Of a DNA stretch of 13,147 bases, positions 4,881-12,771 are shown one piece after another (position 1 is the stretch's first letter; every line of letters starts with the position of its first letter). Source of the stretch: a virus; IMG/VR virus record IMGVR_UViG_3300045988_144461, positions 1 to 13,147 of that record; one strand, written 5' to 3'. The position numbers and the translations under genes were made by a program. The notes beneath the pieces are model-generated. The model was not told the origin of the DNA, made no database searches, and saw only the letters and a list, made by a program, of their open reading frames with translations.

Positions 4881-6013
4881 AAGTAACACAGATAGCAACA
4901 ATTTTGAATGAAGCTCAGAAAGAAATTGTCGGTGAAACCGCCATAACAACTGAAAACCTTGAAAACGTCGTCGATATGGGTAAGCAGATTTTGGGAGCGA
5001 CAGACGTTGATAATTATGTCCGCAAGCTGATTGATAAAGTTGGCAGAATGATTTTTGTTGACAGAGTTTACAACTCGACAGCCCCCGATATACTTGCCGA
5101 CAACTGGGAATATGGTTCAGCAATGCAGAAAGTCAGGTGTGAAATGCCTGATGCAGTTGAGAATGATAGCTGGAAATTGACAAGCGGACAGAGTTATGAC
5201 CCATTTGTATTTACAGCCCCTAATGTTCAGTCAAAATTTTACGACAGTAAGGTAACATATGAAGTGCAGATGTCATTTACAGAAATGCAGGTTAAGAGTG
5301 CATTTAATTCGCCCGCTGAAATGAACAGCTTTTTTGCTATGATTGAAAATCGTATCAGATTTAAACTCACTCTGTCAAATGATATACTTAAAACACGCAC
5401 TGTTAATAATCTCATTGCTGAGAAGATACATGGCAAAAACAACGTTGTTAATCTTTTGACAATGTATAATGCAGAATTTACACAAACCCTGACCGCAAGT
5501 CATGCACTTATGGACAAGGACTTTTTGAGGTATGCAATTGGCAAAATCAAGGAGTATATCAAATATATTCAGCGTCCGTCAACTCTATTCAATGACGGTG
5601 GGTATACTACATTTACCCCTGAGAGTGATATGAAAATGGTTCTTCTGTCAAGATTTGTAAATACGGCTGAGGTTTATCTACAGAGTGACACATTCCACAA
5701 TGACCTTGTAAAGCTAAATGGATATTCGGAAGTACCATATTGGCAGGGTAGCGGAAATAGCGAGAATTTCGACTTTGCAGAAATTTCCAAAATTAATGTT
5801 ACAACCGCAAGCGGTAATGCAGTTACTCAGACAGGTATTATAGGCACTATTTTTGACAAAGATGCTTGTATGATTTGTAACGCAAATCCGAGAGTTACAA
5901 GTATTTACAACCCAAAGGGTGAATACTGGAATTATTTCTATAAGTATGATGCAAGCTATTTCAATGATACTATGGAAAATTGTGTGGTATTTATAGTAGC
6001 AGATGCTGGATAA
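4877..6013 (+). CDS. Major capsid protein (phi29 gp8-like, 378 aa)
   Basis: The C-terminal DKDACMICNANPRVTSIYNPKGEYWNYFYKYDASYFNDTMENCVVFIV parallels phi29 gp8 [50 protein letters not shown] GAGGA lies 8 nt upstream. Confidence 0.85.
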   Translation: MKVTQIATILNEAQKEIVGETAITTENLENVVDMGKQILGATDVDNYVRKLIDKVGRMIFVDRVYNSTAPDILADNWEYGSAMQKVRCEMPDAVENDSWKLTSGQSYDPFVFTAPNVQSKFYDSKVTYEVQMSFTEMQVKSAFNSPAEMNSFFAMIENRIRFKLTLSNDILKTRTVNNLIAEKIHGKNNVVNLLTMYNAEFTQTLTASHALMDKDFLRYAIGKIKEYIKYIQRPSTLFNDGGYTTFTPESDMKMVLLSRFVNTAEVYLQSDTFHNDLVKLNGYSEVPYWQGSGNSENFDFAEISKINVTTASGNAVTQTGIIGTIFDKDACMICNANPRVTSIYNPKGEYWNYFYKYDASYFNDTMENCVVFIVADAG

Positions 6014-6037
6014 CAGCACAACAAAATAATAGTTAAA

Positions 6038-6065
6038 ACGTGGTAACTCAAAAAAGTTGCCACGT
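6038..6065 (+). promoter_or_regulatory. Second copy of the 10-bp hairpin overlapping the palindrome variant
   Basis: ACGTGGTAAC (6038..6047) pairs with GTTGCCACGT (6056..6065) across the loop TCAAAAAA. The arms and the T-G pair are the same as at 2886..2912. Confidence 0.6.
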
Positions 6066-6071
6066 TGCAAC
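6056..6071 (+). promoter_or_regulatory. Palindrome variant GTTGCCACGTTGCAAC upstream of CDS 6092..6583
   Basis: Same variant as at 2903. 20 nt separate it from the ATG at 6092, with the SD AGAGGGTGAG in between. Confidence 0.85.
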
Positions 6072-6091
6072 TATATAGAGGGTGAGAAAAA

Positions 6092-6583
6092 ATGCCAATT
6101 ATAACAACATATCAATGCACACAAGATGTGCGAACAGTTCAAAAAACATTAACAAATGCAATTGATTATAATTGTGAAATACTGGATACTATGAACAGTT
6201 TTTCACCGCACATAAGATTATTTTGCACGTCTGAAACGTTTAACGCAAATATGGCATATATACCATTTTTTGATAGATATTATCATATAATTTCAGCGGA
6301 CGTTGAAAGTGCTGAAACAATTATTTTACAGTGTGAATTTGATATTTTTACCTATTCAACAGCATTACTAAACAGCACATTTCTAGTTACTAGAAATGAA
6401 AATATCGGAAGTACATATATTCCTGATACAATGTTACCATTAAAAGGGAATAAGGAAATGAAAGTAATAGAATTTACTGGTGGAGATTTTAACCTTGACA
6501 CGGCTTCAGCAAATAGTTACAATTTTGTGCTAAATGTGGCAGGCGGTGGAAGCAATCAAGGAACATCAGAGAATGGAGCGTGA
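6092..6583 (+). CDS. Hypothetical virion protein, possible tail component (163 aa)
   Basis: Strong SD and the duplicated late leader lie upstream. ANMAYIPFFDRYYHIISADVESAETIILQCEFDIFTYS loosely resembles the N-terminal region of phi29 gp9 (..[43 protein letters not shown]..). This is recalled similarity and is unverified. Confidence 0.4.
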   Translation: MPIITTYQCTQDVRTVQKTLTNAIDYNCEILDTMNSFSPHIRLFCTSETFNANMAYIPFFDRYYHIISADVESAETIILQCEFDIFTYSTALLNSTFLVTRNENIGSTYIPDTMLPLKGNKEMKVIEFTGGDFNLDTASANSYNFVLNVAGGGSNQGTSENGA

Positions 6584-6590
6584 TTAACAA

Positions 6591-8621
6591 ATGAAATTAA
6601 ATACCGATTATTGGAGCGAGGGTTATCCTTATCTTACGTTTGATGACGGAAACGTGTTGACGATAGGACGATATGTTAGTACAATTGAAAGTCGATATCC
6701 AAGCCATTTGAAGCTAAATGAAGAGTTTGACCAATCTATTTTAATTGGCACAAATTTCAAAAACCCTAATTCAGTATTGTTATTTATTAACAATTTGAAT
6801 AGTACAAAGTGGGTTGAAACAGGGTTCACTGAACCTATTGATACCGGGGTTTATTTAGGTGCTTTACATGGCAGTAACTACGGCAGTCTATTTGAATGGT
6901 ATCGGAATAGAATTGCATACGGACAAACAGAAATATATACACAAATTCGTCCCGTGTTGAAATTTCCGTTTAAATCGTTATGTTTTTTAGTGCGAATAGG
7001 TGCGACTAATCCTACAGAATATATTGAATATCCCGTCGACGAATATTTCGGAACTGAAAACGAAAAAACCCACCCTACAATTACTACAATATCATTTAGA
7101 CCATATTTTGGTAATAATAAAAATAGAGATTATTATAAAAACGGGTGGGCAAATTCATTCATACCGCTACTATACGGAACAATAACAAATATTTCTAAAG
7201 AGGGGCTTTATCAAGAAGATATTTTCCCCTACTATAATAATGGTAATGAATTAACATATGGTCAAAAACCCAATAGCACATTTCATAGTAGCGGTCTTAC
7301 TAGCCATGAAGCAGTTTTTGAATGTCCGTATGGTAGTAAATTGTGGGAATTAGTCGATAATGGTACACAAGTTTATACTAAATTTAAAGGCACTCGTGCG
7401 GACGTTTTGAAAATAATTGCAAATACAGGGTTCTTTTGTGCGACTACATTTGACAGTGTGCAACATGCTGACCTAAAAAATATTACAGACCCACATATAA
7501 TTATAGGAAAAATGAATGATGAGGGGGCTATATCTGATACACCTCTAGAAGGAAAAGATATAAACGATAATACCCACCAAACTACATGGGATAAGACAGA
7601 AGATACAGGCAACGGCTTCAACGGAGTTGAAAACACTGACCCTAACAATTATACTGATAAAATAGACTTGAATAAACCTACACTATCTAATGTCAATGTT
7701 TTCAATAGGTCATTTGCGGTCACGTCAACTAATGTGCGACAACTTGCCGATTTTTTATGGAACGCTGACGAAACAAAATTTAACGAAATTGTGAAAGGTT
7801 TAGCCTTAATGGGCGAAAATCCTATGAACGGAATTATCGACTTGCGGTTGTTTCCGTTTAATGTGGCACATAAAAATTCCGCAACGGAAGCAGAGCCTAT
7901 TGTAATAGGCAGAACAAACACCGGTGTAAATGGTATTAAACTAACTGAAAATGTAAACAGTTTAATTGATTTAGGTGAATGTACATTTTTTACTAAATTT
8001 AAAAATTTCCTAGATTATGAACCATACACAACAGCCCAATTATATATACCATATATTGGCGTTGTACCTGTTTCGACAGCGGAGTTTATGGGTCACAAAA
8101 TTTCAGTAAAAATGATAGTTGACTATACAACAGGGGCAGGAACAGCAATTGTATTTAAAGACGATATACCATTTATTTATAGGAATGGAGTAGTAGGTGT
8201 ATCAATTCCAATGACAGGAACAGACAGCGCAAGTTATGCAAGCACAGTTGTGGGTAATGTAGTAAACGGGGCAATGGGCATTGCAAGTGCTACAGTTACG
8301 GACAGTATGAGCGGTTTAGTTAATAGTGCTAATCAGATGTATAGTGGTTTTGCAACGCCAGTACAATATCAATCAGCCAGTGCAAGTTCTCCGTCTGTTG
8401 CAACGTGGCAACCACAGAAGTGTTATTTTATTATTGACAGACCTATTTTAAATGTACCTGAAAATTACGGGCGTACTATAGGATATGCTTGCGAAATAAC
8501 TGGAAAACTATCTGATTTTAAGGGTTTTACAGTTGTTAGCAATCCTGAAATAAATTTCAGGTGTACAGACAGCGAAAGACAATATATAGTAAATATGTTA
8601 CAAGGCGGTGTATTTGTATGA
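6591..8621 (+). CDS. Tail protein; the C-terminal part is phi29 gp9 tail-knob-like, the N-terminal ~330 aa are of unknown function (676 aa)
   Basis: The Gly/Ala/Ser-rich hydrophobic stretch SYASTVVGNVVNGAMGIASATVTDSMSGLVNSANQMY is followed by CYFIIDRP..YGRTIGYACEITGKLSDFKGFTVVSNPEINFRCTDSERQYIVNMLQGGVFV. This parallels the gp9 membrane-active loop and the gp9 C-terminus (..[53 protein letters not shown]). Confidence 0.55.
   Translation: MKLNTDYWSEGYPYLTFDDGNVLTIGRYVSTIESRYPSHLKLNEEFDQSILIGTNFKNPNSVLLFINNLNSTKWVETGFTEPIDTGVYLGALHGSNYGSLFEWYRNRIAYGQTEIYTQIRPVLKFPFKSLCFLVRIGATNPTEYIEYPVDEYFGTENEKTHPTITTISFRPYFGNNKNRDYYKNGWANSFIPLLYGTITNISKEGLYQEDIFPYYNNGNELTYGQKPNSTFHSSGLTSHEAVFECPYGSKLWELVDNGTQVYTKFKGTRADVLKIIANTGFFCATTFDSVQHADLKNITDPHIIIGKMNDEGAISDTPLEGKDINDNTHQTTWDKTEDTGNGFNGVENTDPNNYTDKIDLNKPTLSNVNVFNRSFAVTSTNVRQLADFLWNADETKFNEIVKGLALMGENPMNGIIDLRLFPFNVAHKNSATEAEPIVIGRTNTGVNGIKLTENVNSLIDLGECTFFTKFKNFLDYEPYTTAQLYIPYIGVVPVSTAEFMGHKISVKMIVDYTTGAGTAIVFKDDIPFIYRNGVVGVSIPMTGTDSASYASTVVGNVVNGAMGIASATVTDSMSGLVNSANQMYSGFATPVQYQSASASSPSVATWQPQKCYFIIDRPILNVPENYGRTIGYACEITGKLSDFKGFTVVSNPEINFRCTDSERQYIVNMLQGGVFV
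8397..8412 (-). promoter_or_regulatory. Palindrome variant in inverted orientation inside the tail-knob CDS
   Basis: GTTGCAACGTGGCAAC is the reverse complement of the GTTGCCACGTTGCAAC variant. It lies in coding sequence (..VATWQP..). A TTGCAACG half-site lies at 8350..8357. Confidence 0.6.
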
Positions 8622-9166
8622 ATGAACATTTTGCAAGCGGTTTAACAAACGAACAGCTAAAAGCTGAAATTTTAAGACAAGGGCGTAAAGCAAATTTACG
8701 CCTTAGTCAATTGAAAAAAAGTGGAATGTATAGCAAAAATCCTATAATTTCTAGTAAATGGAATACGTTTCTACATGAAAGTAAATTTTCAACAAAAAAG
8801 AATTTTTTTAAGACAGGTACAAAAGGAGAAACAAGAGCAGAATTGTTAAAACATTATGTTCAGATTAGACAGTTTTTAGGGCAGAAAACAACAGTAAAAG
8901 AAACAAAGTCTATTATGTCAAAACACGCAAAACGTTTAAATATTTCTGAGGAAAATGTTGACAGAGTTTTAACGATTTTCGGAAATAGTGGAATAAGTGC
9001 AGAGTTACCGAACAGCGATTTTGTACAACAATTTATTGCAGAAATGGTTGAAAGCGGTTTTAATGATAATGAAATAACATCATTATTAAATACACTTGAA
9101 AATTCAGCACAAACACAAAATGAAATGTATGATTTAATGCGTGAGCAAATGCAAATGCTTGAATAG
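8618..9166 (+). CDS. Candidate terminal protein (182 aa)
   Basis: The ATG at 8618 overlaps the tail gene stop (ATGA). The gene lies directly upstream of the protein-primed DNA polymerase. The basic N-terminal KANLRLSQLKKSG .. TRAELLKHYVQIRQF resembles phi29 TP KAKIARTKKKYG .. TRAQFNKWKEQASSF. This is recalled similarity and is unverified. Confidence 0.45.
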   Translation: MNEHFASGLTNEQLKAEILRQGRKANLRLSQLKKSGMYSKNPIISSKWNTFLHESKFSTKKNFFKTGTKGETRAELLKHYVQIRQFLGQKTTVKETKSIMSKHAKRLNISEENVDRVLTIFGNSGISAELPNSDFVQQFIAEMVESGFNDNEITSLLNTLENSAQTQNEMYDLMREQMQMLE

Positions 9167-9181
9167 TTGCAACGTTGCAAC
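9166..9181. promoter_or_regulatory. 16-bp palindrome (exact) upstream of the DNA polymerase gene
   Basis: Exact copy. Its first base is the last base of the TAG stop at 9164..9166. 23 nt separate it from the TTG start at 9205. It is flanked by TTGAAT (9159..9164) and TATTAT (9182..9187). Confidence 0.9.
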
Positions 9182-9204
9182 TATTATCAAAGGGAGTGTA
9201 ATAG

Positions 9205-11343
9205 TTGATAAATGTAAATGATTTTGATTTTGATATTCTAAAGAATAGTAATTTACAGACAGTTACAACTCGTACAAAGGATAATCAATATATCGAATAT
9301 TACAACGCTCCGTTTGCATTTGATATTGAAACAAGTTCATTTTATGAGGGTGATAATAAAAGAGCGTGTATGTATATTTTTATGTTTGCATTAAATGGAA
9401 ATTATGTATACGGCAGAACATGGGAAGATTTTGATTTTACATTAAATAAGTTAAAAGAAGTGCTACAATTAAATGAATACAGAAGAATTATAATATATAT
9501 TCACAATTTAGGTTATGAATTTCAATTTTTAATCGGTCATGAACGTTTTAAAGACGTTTTCGCAAGAAACGCACGTCACCCTATTAAGTGTACTATGAAT
9601 GAATGTTTTGAATTAAAATGTAGTTTAATGTTAAGCGGTATGAGTTTAGCAAAAACCGCAGAAGATTTAACAAGCGTAAAAATACAAAAATTAACAGGTG
9701 ATTTGAATTATAAACTTTTAAGAACATGGAAAACGACACTGACAAAAGAAGAGTTAGGATATTGTGAACATGATGTCAAAATTTTACATTATTTTATACT
9801 CGAAGAAATGGCAAAAAATGATAATGATATAACAAAAATTCCATTAACTAAAACAGGATATGTTAGAAAATATTGCCAAAACTACATTAAGAAAAATACA
9901 TATTATCCAAAATATAGAGAAAAGATTAAAAAGATAGCCCCAGTCGATAAAGATTTATTTTGTCTATTGCATAAAAGTTTCATGGGTGGATATACACACG
10001 CTAATTATATGTATGTAGGAATGGTTTTAGAAAATGTTGCTAGTATCGATTTTACAAGTTCTTATCCGTCTGTTATGATTAGAAAAAAATATCCAATGCA
10101 ACCATTTACAAAAATTCACATAAAAGATTTAAAAGATTTTAGATACTGTATTAAAAATTATCCTTGCGTTTTTGAAGTGGAATTAACTAATGTTATTGCT
10201 AAAAAATGTAATCACATTTTATCAAGGTCAAAATGCTCTGTATGTGATAATGCCGTTGTTGATAATGGTAGAATTGTATCGGCAGATAGAGTATTTACAT
10301 ATTTTACAGATATTGATTTTAAGGACTTTGAGCAATTCTATTCATACGAGCATTTGTCAATCGGTAAATTTTACGCTTCAAGTTATGGATATTTGCCTAA
10401 ACAAATTATAGAATGTGCATTGAAATTTTATAATGATAAAACCACTTTAAAAGGTGTAAAGGGCAAAGAAGTAGAGTATTTAGTCGGTAAAGGTATGCTG
10501 AATAGTTTATTCGGAATGTGTGTGACCAATCCAGTAAACGATGATATTATTTTTAATGGGAAAGAATGGAGTACAGAAAAGAAAGATATAACGGAAGCAT
10601 TACAAGAAAATTACATAAAGAATAAAAAACAAGTGCTAGTATACCAGTGGGGAGTATGGATTACGGCATGGGCAAGACACGAACTTTTTAAAGGTATTTT
10701 AGAAATTGATGAAGATGTTATTTATTGTGATACAGATAGCATAAAATTTTTAAACTATGAAAATTATAAAAACTGGATAAATGAATATAACAAAAATTGT
10801 ATTGATGAGATTAACACGGCTTTAAGCTATTATGAAATTGATTTAAATTTAGCTAAACCTAAAACAATTAAAGGGGCTGAAAAGCCTTTGGGGGTATGGG
10901 ATTTTGAGGGAATTTACACAAAATTTAAAACGTTAGGTGCAAAGCGTTATGCCTATGAACAGAACGGCAAATTTAATATTACTGTTTCGGGACTAAATAA
11001 AAAGTGTGCCGTTCCATATATAGTTGCAACGTTGCAACCATTTGAGTTTTTTGACAATGAAATGTATATTCCGAAAGAGTATACAGGCAAAAACACATTA
11101 ACATATATTAATGACCCTTACAAAATTATAGTAAAAGACTATCAAGGAAATTATGCAGAAGTGGCAGAAAATAGCTACATTCACATGGAAGAGCAAGATT
11201 ATAATATGTCACTATCTGAACAGTTTATATATTATTTAATGTGTGGCACAAATTTTGGTGGCGGTGCAAAAGAGCATACATTATTTGAAAAAAGTCAAGA
11301 ATTGGCTACAAATTTTTGGGAGTGTGATTTTAATGAAAAATGA
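9205..11343 (+). CDS. Protein-primed family B DNA polymerase (712 aa)
   Basis: Exo I FDIETS, Exo II HNLGYEFQFL, Exo III YCEHDVKIL, motif A DFTSSYPSVM, motif B KGMLNSLFGM, motif C YCDTDSIKF and KxY LGAKRYAY are all present. The TTG start at 9205 is required because the first in-frame ATG lies after Exo I. SD AAGGGAG lies 8 nt upstream. Confidence 0.95.
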   Translation: MINVNDFDFDILKNSNLQTVTTRTKDNQYIEYYNAPFAFDIETSSFYEGDNKRACMYIFMFALNGNYVYGRTWEDFDFTLNKLKEVLQLNEYRRIIIYIHNLGYEFQFLIGHERFKDVFARNARHPIKCTMNECFELKCSLMLSGMSLAKTAEDLTSVKIQKLTGDLNYKLLRTWKTTLTKEELGYCEHDVKILHYFILEEMAKNDNDITKIPLTKTGYVRKYCQNYIKKNTYYPKYREKIKKIAPVDKDLFCLLHKSFMGGYTHANYMYVGMVLENVASIDFTSSYPSVMIRKKYPMQPFTKIHIKDLKDFRYCIKNYPCVFEVELTNVIAKKCNHILSRSKCSVCDNAVVDNGRIVSADRVFTYFTDIDFKDFEQFYSYEHLSIGKFYASSYGYLPKQIIECALKFYNDKTTLKGVKGKEVEYLVGKGMLNSLFGMCVTNPVNDDIIFNGKEWSTEKKDITEALQENYIKNKKQVLVYQWGVWITAWARHELFKGILEIDEDVIYCDTDSIKFLNYENYKNWINEYNKNCIDEINTALSYYEIDLNLAKPKTIKGAEKPLGVWDFEGIYTKFKTLGAKRYAYEQNGKFNITVSGLNKKCAVPYIVATLQPFEFFDNEMYIPKEYTGKNTLTYINDPYKIIVKDYQGNYAEVAENSYIHMEEQDYNMSLSEQFIYYLMCGTNFGGGAKEHTLFEKSQELATNFWECDFNEK
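11023..11038. promoter_or_regulatory. 16-bp palindrome (exact) inside the DNA polymerase CDS
   Basis: Exact copy in coding sequence (..VATLQP..). It lies 294 nt upstream of the packaging ATPase ATG at 11333. Confidence 0.65.
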
Positions 11344-12424
11344 ATACTATTCACTTAAAAAGATTAATAAGTTAAATGCTCTATACAATTTGATTATAGG
11401 ACAACGTTCAAACGGAAAAACTTATGCAGTGTGTGAGCAGGAAATAAAAGGATATTTTAAAGAGGGCTTTAGGCTTGCGTATATAAGACGTTATGATGAA
11501 GAAATTATGCCTAAAAATATACAAAATTTATTTAAACCACATTCAGCTTTAATTGAAAAATTATCTAATGGGCAATTTAACAGCACTATATACAAGAATA
11601 GAGAATTTTATCTATATAATACAAATACGGAAGAAAAAAGTGAACAAAGTTTTTGCAAGTGTTTTTCTCTAAATGCGTGGGAACGCACAAAAGGTGCTGA
11701 TAACGGCTATTTCAAATATATATTATTTGATGAATTTATGACACGTTCATTTTACCTTAATAATGAATTTGTTACATTCACTAACTTATTGTCGTCTATT
11801 ATTCGTGACAGGGATAACACAATTATTTACATGATAGCAAATACTGTCAATCAATATTGCCCATATTTTGCGGAAATGGGATTAGGTAAAATTTCAGATA
11901 TTAAACAAGGTGACTTGAAATTATTTACATATGGAGATAGCGAATTAACATTAGCACTCGAGTATTCAGACAGTAAAGGGCAGACTGGAAAAGTTAGTAA
12001 ATATTTCGCTTTTGATAATCCACAATTAAAAATGATAACAACAGGACAGTGGGAAATTAAAAACTACCCCCACGCACCATTTAAAATTAAAAAAGAAGAT
12101 ATTGTATACAGGGCTTATATATTTTTTGATAATGATATTATTGCTTGCAATATTGTACATTATAATAATAGTGTATTTCTATTTTTTAACATTCAAACGA
12201 AAACGGAAAATCTAAATTTAAAAAATAGAATTGTATACAGTTTTGAAACAGATACCAATCCTTTACACGTCCAATCACTGGCGGAACAGCCTACAGACGT
12301 ACATAAACTTATTAATAATTTAATAACGTTTAATCGTGTATTTTATGCAGATAATTCAGTGGGTGAAATTGTTAGAAACTGGATAAACGCACAAAGCAAA
12401 CACGCTATAAGTATAAGAGCATAA
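11333..12424 (+). CDS. DNA packaging (encapsidation) ATPase, phi29 gp16-like (363 aa)
   Basis: Walker A LIIGQRSNGKTYA, LAYIRRY and Walker B ILFDEFM parallel phi29 gp16 (VIGARGIGKSYA, FIYVRRY, IVFDEFI). The ATG at 11333 overlaps the polymerase gene by 11 nt. Confidence 0.9.
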   Translation: MKNEYYSLKKINKLNALYNLIIGQRSNGKTYAVCEQEIKGYFKEGFRLAYIRRYDEEIMPKNIQNLFKPHSALIEKLSNGQFNSTIYKNREFYLYNTNTEEKSEQSFCKCFSLNAWERTKGADNGYFKYILFDEFMTRSFYLNNEFVTFTNLLSSIIRDRDNTIIYMIANTVNQYCPYFAEMGLGKISDIKQGDLKLFTYGDSELTLALEYSDSKGQTGKVSKYFAFDNPQLKMITTGQWEIKNYPHAPFKIKKEDIVYRAYIFFDNDIIACNIVHYNNSVFLFFNIQTKTENLNLKNRIVYSFETDTNPLHVQSLAEQPTDVHKLINNLITFNRVFYADNSVGEIVRNWINAQSKHAISIRA

Positions 12425-12430
12425 AAATAT

Positions 12431-12463
12431 CCCCATGAGTTTTCTCATGGGGCTTTTTGTTTT
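12431..12463. terminator. Bidirectional intrinsic terminator between convergent genes
   Basis: CCCCATGAG (12431..12439) pairs with CTCATGGGG (12444..12452) around the loop TTTT, followed by CTTTTTGTTTT on the + strand. The upstream TAAAAATAT gives a T-run for the minus strand. Confidence 0.85.
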
Positions 12464-12740
12464 ATATCACATATTCTCTTAATACTGTTTGTACTGTTAT
12501 CATAGTAACACGATAATCATCATAATAAGCGTCCCTTATTAAATCAATAATATTTTCATATCTGAAATAGCCGTCGCTTAAACGCTCATTGCAATTTTCT
12601 TTATACCATATCCAGCTAACAGTCTGAACCTCTTTATTTTTCCTATCGTATATAATTGTTATATATTTTCTATTATCTAACTTATTCCACTCTCCTATAG
12701 CTTTTTTAATTCCTTTAATCTCAGTGCCATTAATTTTCAT
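12462..12740 (-). CDS. Right-end early protein of unknown function (92 aa)
   Basis: It uses the ITR-borne promoter, palindrome, SD and ATG, all identical to those of the left-end gene. Sequence: MKINGTEIKGIKKAIGEWNKLDNRKYITIIYDRKNKEVQTVSWIWYKENCNERLSDGYFRYENIIDLIRDAYYDDYRVTMITVQTVLREYVI. I recognise no motif. Confidence 0.7.
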   Translation of the reverse strand: MKINGTEIKGIKKAIGEWNKLDNRKYITIIYDRKNKEVQTVSWIWYKENCNERLSDGYFRYENIIDLIRDAYYDDYRVTMITVQTVLREYVI

Positions 12741-12755
12741 GATTTTATCCTTTCT

Positions 12756-12771
12756 GTTGCAACGTTGCAAC
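12756..12771. promoter_or_regulatory. 16-bp palindrome (exact), right ITR leader
   Basis: Mirror of 377..392. It lies 15 nt upstream (minus strand) of the start codon at 12738..12740. Confidence 0.9.

Noticed and set aside
5714-6070. Minus-strand ORFs 5714..6070 (MQRGNFF..) and 8860..9180 (MQRCNYSS..)
   Set aside because: Both begin at the TTG of a palindrome copy read on the opposite strand. They have no SD, and they lie antisense to the well-supported capsid and TP genes.
8561-8617. Upstream starts of track ORFs 8561..9166 and 11243..12424
   Set aside because: The extensions lie wholly inside the preceding genes. ATG 8618 (ATGA overlap with the tail gene stop) and ATG 11333 (immediately before the Walker A region, as in phi29 gp16) are the natural starts.
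10190-10411. Alternative-frame + strand ORF inside the polymerase gene (also 7000..7185 inside the tail gene)
   Set aside because: It is embedded in CDS with strong motif support. It has no SD and a low-complexity AT-rich translation.
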